Below are positions 52,001 to 61,912 of a stretch of 64,000 nt of DNA, in pieces. The translations under genes and the position numbers were made by a program. How positions within the stretch are numbered: the stretch's first letter is position 1; every line of letters starts with the position of its first letter. The notes below the pieces were generated by a model. That model had not been told where the DNA came from. It saw only the letters and a program-made list of their open reading frames with translations, and did not search any database. The DNA is taken from positions 35,526,001 through 35,590,000 of the forward strand of contig OX597815.1 of assembly GCA_951406725.2 (NCBI GenBank), written 5' to 3'. The stretch comes from Octopus vulgaris (lineage: Eukaryota).

Positions 52001-55000
52001 GCATCGTTATTTTCCTTACCATGATCACTGCCATCATCATTATCATCATTGTTCTCGTCACTAAAAGTATTAACAACTTGATAGAATTTTTAGATCATCA
52101 GACAAAATGACTTACAGCCCTCTCCTTTTTAAGTTCAAATCTCACAGAGGTCATCTGTCTTTCTTCCTTCAAAAATAGAATTTCCTTCATTAAAATAGAA
52201 TACCAGTAAAGTACTAATATCAATTTAATTAACTGGCTCCTCCACCTCTTCCTCCACTAAATTTGTGACATAGTGTTTATGTTAGTAAATAGCTGGCCCT
52301 GTGCTGTCAAAAATGAAGCTAATTGTAGTGTTTTATATATAAACTAGCAGAGATACCTGACATTACTTAGGATTAAAATGGATTAGTCTTTTATTGTTTT
52401 ACTTGTTTCAATCATGTGACTGTGGTCATGTTGGAACACTGTCTTTAGTCAAACAAATCAACGCCAAGATTTATTTCTAAGCCTAGTACTTATTCAATCA
52501 GTGTCTTTTACAGAACTGCTAAGTTATGGGCATGTAAACACAGCAACATTGGTTGTCAGACGATGGTGTTGCATACAGACACACAAACATACACACACAA
52601 ATATACACATACATACAACAAGCTTTCAATTTCCGTATACAAAATTCACACAAGGCTTTGGTAAACCTGACATGCGTAATCTTGCAAAGAATGAAGCCAG
52701 TATGCTCCGATGGATGTGTAATGTCAGTGTGCATACTCAACAGATTGTAAGTACCTTGAGAGAAAAGTTAGACCTAAGAAGCATCAGATGTGGTGTGCAA
52801 GAGAGACAACTGCACTGGTATGGCCGTGTGACAAGAATGGATGTGGATAGCTGTGGGAAAAGTGCCACACCCTAGCGGTTGAGGGTACCTGTGGAAGAGG
52901 TAGACCCAGGAAGACCTGGGATGAGGTAGTGAAGCATGACCGAACATTGGGCCTCACTGAGGCAATGACTAGTGACCGGGACCTTTGGAAATATGCTGTG
53001 CTTGAGAAGACCCGGAAAGCCAAATGAGACCATAACCTCATGACCTATGCCAGGGGTGTAACCAGACCACTTATGCACACCTTTCCTTCATTGGGCACTA
53101 AAGTCTGCTTGCGAAGACCTGTTGAGGCAATCAAAATCGAAATCAAATTTGATGACTGGCATCCGTGCTAGTGGAGCACTAAGAGCACCATCCAAGTGTG
53201 ATTGTTGCCAGAGTGGCTAACTGGCTTCCATGCTGGTGGCATGTAAAAGCACCATTCAAGCGTGATCGTTACCAGTGACAAAAAAACAGTCCTCTATACT
53301 CTACCAACATGCCAAAGACCGCCATAGAGGCAACTTGGGTCAACTTGACATCCACATCTTATCCAAGCACACACATAGCAGTAGTAATAGAAAAACAAAT
53401 TTTAAGAGAAAATCCTGTATACGATACCAAACTAAAGAGATTTAACAAATAATTAGGTAATCTGCAGTAACAAGATCAAATTCTTCTGACATTTAAAAAT
53501 GACTGCAGTTGATGGCTTATAAAATGCATGAGCTTGTTTTAGCAGCCTTTTCTTGAACCACCCATAAACTAAACCCTGACTGTATGTTTATAAGATAAAG
53601 ACTGATTTTCTCGGACATTTTTAGGTAAAATGTTTGCCTTATAAGCCATCATCACCATCATTTTCTTGTCCACTTTTCCGCACCTGCATGGGTCAGATGG
53701 AATTCTTTGAGGCAGGTTTTCTCTGGCCGGATGCCCTTCCTATAAGGAACCTCCACCTGTTTCCAGGTAAGGTAATATGTGGCAGGACCATGCTTTTATG
53801 GAAGACCAGAAACAAAGGACCTTGTTTGTATGACAGTGACATATGTTTACAACTATCCCATGATGCCAAGACAAGTACACACAGACAGACAGACACACAC
53901 ACACATACATATATATGGTGAATGAGCAAAAACAAAAAAAAACTAACACAAGAGGAGCAAGTTTCAACAAAGGTGTTATTAGTTTGTGTATATACACAAT
54001 GATCTTCAGTCTCCGTCCACCAAATCCATTTACAAGACATTGGTCAGCCAAGGGCTATAGTAGAAGACTTGTTGAGGATGCCATACAGTGGGACTGAACT
54101 CAAAACCATGTGGTTGGGAAGTAAACTTCTTCACACAGCCATCAAATATAATAATTTTACCTGATATTCTACTGATCTCATATATATATATATATATATA
54201 GTGGAGGCGCAATGGCCCAGTGGCTAGGGCAGCGGACTCGCGGTCATAGGACCGCGGTTTCGATTCCCAGACCGGGCGTTGTGAGTGTTTATTGAGCGAA
54301 AACACCTGAAGCTCCACGAGGCTCCGGCAGGGGATGGTGGTGATCCCTGCTGTACTCTTTCACCACAACTTTCTCTCACTCTTACTTCCTGTTTCTGTTG
54401 TACCTGTATTTCAAAGGGCCGGCCTTGTCACTCTCTGTGTCACGCTGAATATCCCCGAGAACTACGTTAAGGGTACACGTGTCTGTGGAGTGCTCAGCCA
54501 CTTACACGTTAATTTCACAAGCAGGCTGTTCCGTTGATTCGGATCAACCAGAACCCTCATCGTCGTAACCGACGGAGTGCTTCCCAGTATATATATATAC
54601 ATACATATATACATATATAATTTTTGATTTTATAAGCCTTTTCTTTTTCGTTTCTTCTTTTTTATTTTTTGAAAGGCCAGTCATTGAAATGGTGATTCCA
54701 TCCAGTGTTGATTCAACTATTTCTCCCCCTGGCTCTCATGTTGTCTTACTCTTTACCCAGTACACACCATACACTCTAAAGAATGGACTCTTTTGGGATG
54801 AAGAAGCCAGAAAGAACTATGCAGACATAGGTAAGCTTATCATTTGATTTATTATCATACGAGATGCCAATATTAAGTTAATCATTCTGCAGGCATGTCT
54901 TTGCAGCTAAAAAAAATTGCTTTACATCCAAATAGCTTTGAGTACAATCCTTCTGTGTAGTACCTTGAACAAGTGTCTTCCACTCCAGCCTCAGATCAAC

Positions 55001-56199
55001 CAAATCTTCATAAGTGAAACTTGGTAGCTTGAAACTGACTGGGAGTCTGTTAGAGAGACCATTTTTGTTATTGGATAGTAGAATTTAATCTATCTCTCAA
55101 GTTTAATACCACAATCTGATACTTGAGTTATTTGTGGAACCCACTCTGTTGCAAGCCTCCAGACAAGTTCTCTGATCTGTGGATCAATTCTTCTTTTCCT
55201 CCAATCAGTCTCAGATATTCTGAGAAGAACCATGGTTGATTCCTTTCTTCTTCTGACCAAGCTATTTTTTTGACAATATACCATGCTTGAGGAGACTCGT
55301 CAAGCCTTGTGAAATCATAATTGTGGCCAATACTGGTGTCACATAACTGGCATCTGTGCCAGTGGCACATATAAGCACCCATACCATTGGCACATAAAAA
55401 GCACCCGTCACACTCTTGGAGTGGTTGGCATTAGGAAGGGCATCTAACCATACACACCATGCCACTTGGTGCATCTTTCCAGTTTACCAGTTCCAGTCAA
55501 ACCGTCTAACCCATGCCAGCATGGAAAACGGGTGTTAAATGATGATGATGATGATGGTGATGGTGATGATGATGATGATGATGATGATGTCAGCAACAAA
55601 ACTCGAGATCCTCTGATATTAAGAGAACACGAGATAAAGCTCCCTTGGACAGGATGTTTGGCTATCACAGGTAATTTACTCCCTATCTTACTAAAGCCTG
55701 TCCTGTACTTATCTCTGGGTGAGGTAGGCTGAGGCAATGCAAAATTAAATGTCTTGCCTTAGTGCACATCAAAAATCCGAGTGTGATCATTGCCAGAGCA
55801 GCTAACTGGCTTCTGTGCTGGTGGCACGTAAAAAGTACCATTTGAGCGTGATCGTTACCAGTGTTGCATTACTGGCACTTGTGAAAAAACATTTGAGTGA
55901 GGTTGTTGCCAGTGCCGCTGGACTGGCTCCTGTGCAGGTGGCACATAAAAAACACCACTTGAGCGTGGCCGTCGCCAGTACCGCCTGACTGGTCCTCGTG
56001 CCAGTGGCACGTAAAAGCACCCACTACACTCTCGGAGTGGTTGGTGTTAGGAAGGGCATCCAGTTGTAGAAACTCTGCCAGATCAGATTGGTGCCTGGTG
56101 CAACCATCTGGTTCGCCAGACCTCAGTTAAATTGTCCAACCCATGCTAGCATGGAAAGCGGACGTTTAACGATGATGATGATGATGATGATGATGATAA

Positions 56200-56233
<34 letters not shown>

Positions 56234-59200
56234 CAGTAGAACCTCACAGTACGAATGTAGCATTGTATGAGTAATTTGCTGTACGAGCCAAGAAACGTGC
56301 CAATTTTTGTCTTGAAGTATGAGCGGAAATCCACAGTACAAGCACACAAATCGTCTCATCTTTAAGGTACATCAGTTAATAAAACCAGTTTACACATTTC
56401 TTTTGCATTCTCTTTTTTATAATTTCACTTTATTTGTAACTACTACACCTTTATTTTTAAATCCATAAAAAATTATTTTTCAATGGTTTTGCGGGGCTGG
56501 AACTGATTAATTATATTTTAGTTAATTTCAATGGGAAATATTGATTTATAAAATAAGTAAATTGTAAGACGAGCTCGGTCATGGAACGAATTAAACTTCT
56601 ACTGCAAGGTTTCACTGTATATATAATATATATCTCTTTTCTTTTACTTATTTCAATCATTAGACTGGCCATGCAGGGGCCATGCCTTGAAGAATTTTTA
56701 GTTGAATGTATTGACCCCCAACTACTTGCTTCTTATAAGCCTGGTACTTGTTCTACTGATCTATTTTGCTGAACTGCCAAGTTATAGGGACATAAGCACA
56801 CCATCACCGGTTGTCAAGCAGTGGGAACAGACACAAAGACACACACACATATACAAAGGGCTTCTTTTGGTTTCTGTCTACCAAATCCACTCACAAGACT
56901 TTGGTCAGCCCAAGGCTGTAGTAGAAGATGCTTACCCAGGGTGATACACAATGGGACTGAACCTGGAACCATGTGGATGGGAAGCAAGCTTCTTACCACT
57001 CAGCCACGCCTGAACCTATATATATATGAGTGTGTGTAAAGTACAATCTAAGGAAGCGAGGGAGAGTGGGCATCAGTAGTAATTGATTAAAAGGATTTCA
57101 AAGGATATCAATAAATACCATTGGCAAGAGGAGTAGAATGAAAAAAATCAACCATTTCCAGCTCTTGCTCATCAATGGAGAATAGAGAAAGATGAAGGTG
57201 TTGTAGGCCTGTTCTGTGTGGAGTAAAGTAGGAGAGGAAACTGAATTTATCGATATTCCACATGCTCTCCTCTAAATACAAGGTTGAATTATTTCACATA
57301 AAACCCTAATAACAAAAAAAAAAGGTTTGGAGGGATTGCTATATATTATGTAATTCATAACAAACTATTGGATAACACTGATGTGGTTGTTTAAGCCAGT
57401 AAAATATATCAATCAGAAGTAATCAATACAGCAGAGAAAGAGCTTCATAAAGAAACAACTGAAAGAAGAAAGCCTCAAGATTTATTGTCAATAGAAACCT
57501 CAACTCAATGGATGGGGAAAATGAATGATTGATATAGTGGGTGGTGGTAGTGGTGGTGGCAGCAGTGGTTGTGGTGGGCGGAAGAGGAGGAGGAGGTTGA
57601 GTGAGTGGTGGTGATCATATTGTTTAGATTAAGTTTAGCCTTGATTTAGGAAATCTTTGATCAAAAGGCATTCCAGCTTTGACCACCACTCTGCCTTGTT
57701 TTCGGAAATAGTGTATCTTGGAGTACATTGTCTGATGTATACTTTCTTTTTCAAGATGGTAAGATGTAGCTGCTATTTCTGGGAGACCAAATGACCCTTT
57801 AAAAGCTACCTTGTATTGGTGAATATGATGGTGGTGTTGGTGATGTTGCTGCTGCTGATGATGATGATGAATGAATGAATGAATATTCACTGTACTCAGT
57901 TACTTCACTCCTTATTCCAAAAGTAATGTTGCACAAGAGAGTAAAAACAATATATGCCTAAGCCAATGAGGAGGCCTCTACAAAGTCACTCAGTCTGCTA
58001 GAAATAGCAGCTAAATTCCTCTTTTATCTGATCCTACTATCTTTAAAAAAATGAAGTGGGGAATGATGCCAGCTAGATAATCTTTTATCATAATTCTCTT
58101 CAACCAGGTTTTATCTAGGTTAACCTGTAGAAGCTATCACATTAATGCAAATTTAAGAGATTAATATTCTGTGTTGATAAAATATCATGCCATATAAAAC
58201 CTTGACTATAATTGTTTCTTATAAAGGCATAGAGTCTAAAACAGATTAAAGAGGAGATATGCTAAATTTTGATGACCTGGCATAGCAGTATCAGCTATAT
58301 TTGATGTAATGTCATTCAGCATTTTTGTAACACTACAGCAGTGAGATACCACTGTTGGGAAACATGCAACTATATATAATATTTTTTGTGTGTTACATCA
58401 ATTGTTTATTTCCAGCACTAAATAATACTAAACAGTGCTAAAAATCACAGACAGGATGGAGGTAGCATTGTTTGGACTCTTCACTATATGCACACACTTT
58501 AGTATATAATATGTGTGTGTATATATATATATATATCATCATCATCATCATTGTCATTTTTAAGTCTGCTTTCCATGCTAGCATGGGTTGGACAGTTTGA
58601 ATGAGGACTGGTAAACCAGAAGGCTGCAGCAGGCTCCAATCTGATCTGGCAAAGTTTCAACAGCTGGATGCCCTTCCTAACACTAACCACTCCGAGAGTG
58701 TAGTGGGTGCTTTTACATGCCACTGGCATGAGGGCCTATCAGGCGGTTCTGGCAACCACCATGCTCAAAAGGTGTTTTTTACGTGCTACCTGCATGGGAG
58801 CCAGTCTGGCAGCACTGGCAATGACCACACTCAAATGTTTGTTTTTCACGTGCCATCAGCACATGTGCCAGTAAGGCAATGCTGGCAACGACCACGGTCG
58901 AATGGTGCTTTTTACATGCCACCAGCACAGGAGCCAATCCATGGCCCTGGCAACGATCACGCTCGGATGCGCCTTTAATGTTCCACTGGCATGAGTGCCA
59001 ATCAAGCAGTACTGTCATCAGCCACGTCAGCGATTTTGATTTGATTTCACTTGCCTCAATTGGTCTTTGCAAGCAGAGTTTATTGTTCAGTGAATGAGGG
59101 GTACTCATAAGTGGGCTGGTTACATATATTATGCCATTAAGCTGGGTGTGTAAGTTGAGAGAGATGAGATGAGGAAAGTGGCAAGCTTTTGCAAGAGTTA

Positions 59201-60172
59201 ACTATGTGAAGTGAAGTAGTTCCACTTTATTACCAATTCCCACTTTCTTGAATTTATGGAAGCCTAACAGCAACCACCATGCTTATCTAAAATATTTAGT
59301 ACCACACAATTTATACTCCGAAATATCAACTTCATATTTTGTTGCATACAAGGCACAGGCATGGCTGTGTGAGTAAGATATTTGCTTGCAGCCAAATCGT
59401 TTCAGGTTCACCCACAATATGCAGCACACTGGACAAGTGTTTTTGATTATACCAAGTGAATTTGAGACAAAAACTGAAAGAAGCCTGTCGTATGTGTATG
59501 TGTGTGATCATCACCATCATCATTTAGCATCTGCTTTTCGTGCTGGCATGGATTAAACAGTTTGACTAAAACTATTATGCTGGAAGCTGCACCGGGTTCC
59601 AATCTAATTTGGCATGGCTTCTACAACTGGATGCCCATCCTAACGATAGAGAGAATAGTGATGGTGATGATGATGGCAGAAATGCTAGTAAGGAAAATTA
59701 TTTTTAACATAAACATGTCACAAATTTAAATAGCGACTAGCCACCTTAATAATAATAATAATCATCATCATCGTTTAACGTCCGCTTTATATATATATAG
59801 CTATGTAGTTCAGAAGTTTACTTCCCAACCATGTGGTTTTGGGTTCAGTCCCAACATGGCACCTTGAGCAGGTGACTTCTACAATAGCACCTGAACAACC
59901 AAAACCTTGTGAGTGGATTTGGTTGATGGAAACTGCAAGAAAAGCTCATTGGATATAAATAAATGTGTGTGTGTGTGTGGAGGGGTGTATGTATACTTGC
60001 ATGTGTGTGTTTGTCACTCCTTGTCTTGACACCAATGGATAGATATAGCAAGTATTGCTGCCATACAAGTAGAGTCTTTAATAAAACATGTCAGGTAATG
60101 GAGAAATAATACCTTGTGGCAACAAAAAGTGCATCAAGGCATAGAAAATCTACCTCAATAAATCCCATCAGA

Positions 60173-60211
<39 letters not shown>

Positions 60212-60759
60212 TCCGGTCGAACCGTCCAACCCGTGCTAGCGCGGAAAACGGACGTTAAACGATGATGATGATGATATATATATGTGGAGGCGCAATGGCC
60301 CAGTGGTTAGGGCAGCGGACTCGCGGTCGTAGGATCACGGTTTCGATTCCCAGACTGGGCGTTGTGTGCGTTTATTGAGTGAAAACACCTAAAAGTTCCA
60401 CGAAGCTCCAGCAGGGGGTGGTGGCAATCCCTGCTGTACTCTTTCACTCTTTCTTCTGTTGACCTGCTCGCTTAGCCAGCAGGCAGGCATGTATGTATGT
60501 GTGCATTTATGTCTTCCCAAAGTCAATGTTCATACAAACAGTGTCATTTGTTTGCAACCTTCCATGGAAATATATCCAGCCATTGAGTTGTTCATTGTTT
60601 GATTGCTTGAAGGACTCAGGGGAAATATCACCTTGCTTGTAAACAGGCAAGGGATGGTGACAGGTAGGGTGTGCAATCATAGAAATTTTGCTTCATATGT
60701 CTGACCCATGTAAGCGTAAAAAAGTGGATACTGAAATGATGATGATGACTAGAAGGAGG

Positions 60760-60816
<57 letters not shown>

Positions 60817-61011
60817 TTTTGTATGTATGTATTTTCCAGTGTTTAATGATATTGAAAACTATGCCCCTGGATTTAAATCAAGCATCATTGGATATGACCT
60901 ACTGGCTCCACCAGACCTTGAAAGTACTTTTGGACTTACAGGAGGGGTGAGTTTTATTTACTATGTTTGTAGAAACTAAATCAAATCTACTAATCTCTAG
61001 CACAACCTTGT

Positions 61012-61053
<42 letters not shown>

Positions 61054-61877
61054 TATTAAGGCAGTGAGCTGGCAGAATTGTTAGCATGCTGGATGAAATG
61101 CTTAGCTATATTTTGTCTGTCGCCATGTTCTGAGTTCAAATTCCACCAAGGTCGACTTTACCTTTCATCCTTTCAGGGTCAATAAATTAAGTACCAGTTG
61201 CTGGGGTTGATGTAATCAGCTATCTCCTCCCCCCCCCCCAAATTTCAGACCTTGTGCCTATAATAGAAAGGAGTATTATATAAAAACTCACAGCTTATTT
61301 TACTGGGTATGATGAGAAGTGTCAGCTGTCCACAGCTAGCAGACTAAGGTGACACTTGTTTACTAGTCATGCTCCAAGAACCCTGCGAAGAATTCTTGCA
61401 GTTCCAAGCAATGCTGATTTTTGTAAGTGTTCTACTTTCACACTTGCATCAGTCTTTTTCAGCCATGTTGGCAGCTGAGTGCTGATACTTCCAAGTGCAC
61501 CAATTACTACTGGTATCACGTCTACTCTCTTCATTGACCACAACCTTCGTATTTCCCACTTTAAATTGTTATAGTTGTTTATTTTTCTTCTTCTTTCACA
61601 TTGATCCTGTCTTCACGGGGGCATGCTATGTTGATAATCATGTTCTTTCTTTTTATTCACCACAACAATGTCTGGTTTCCTATGTCTGGTCAGGTGATCG
61701 CACTGGATCATTACATCCCACAAGATTTTGCAGTTCCCATTTTCAGTGACTCCTTCTGGGGATTGTTCATACCACATCTTTGCTCCTTGTAGGCCATGAT
61801 TTCCACAGAGCTCCCCATGGGTCATTTTTGCTACATTGCCATGGCGTCGTTTGTATTCACATTGTGCCAATTTTGGA

Positions 61878-61912
<35 letters not shown>

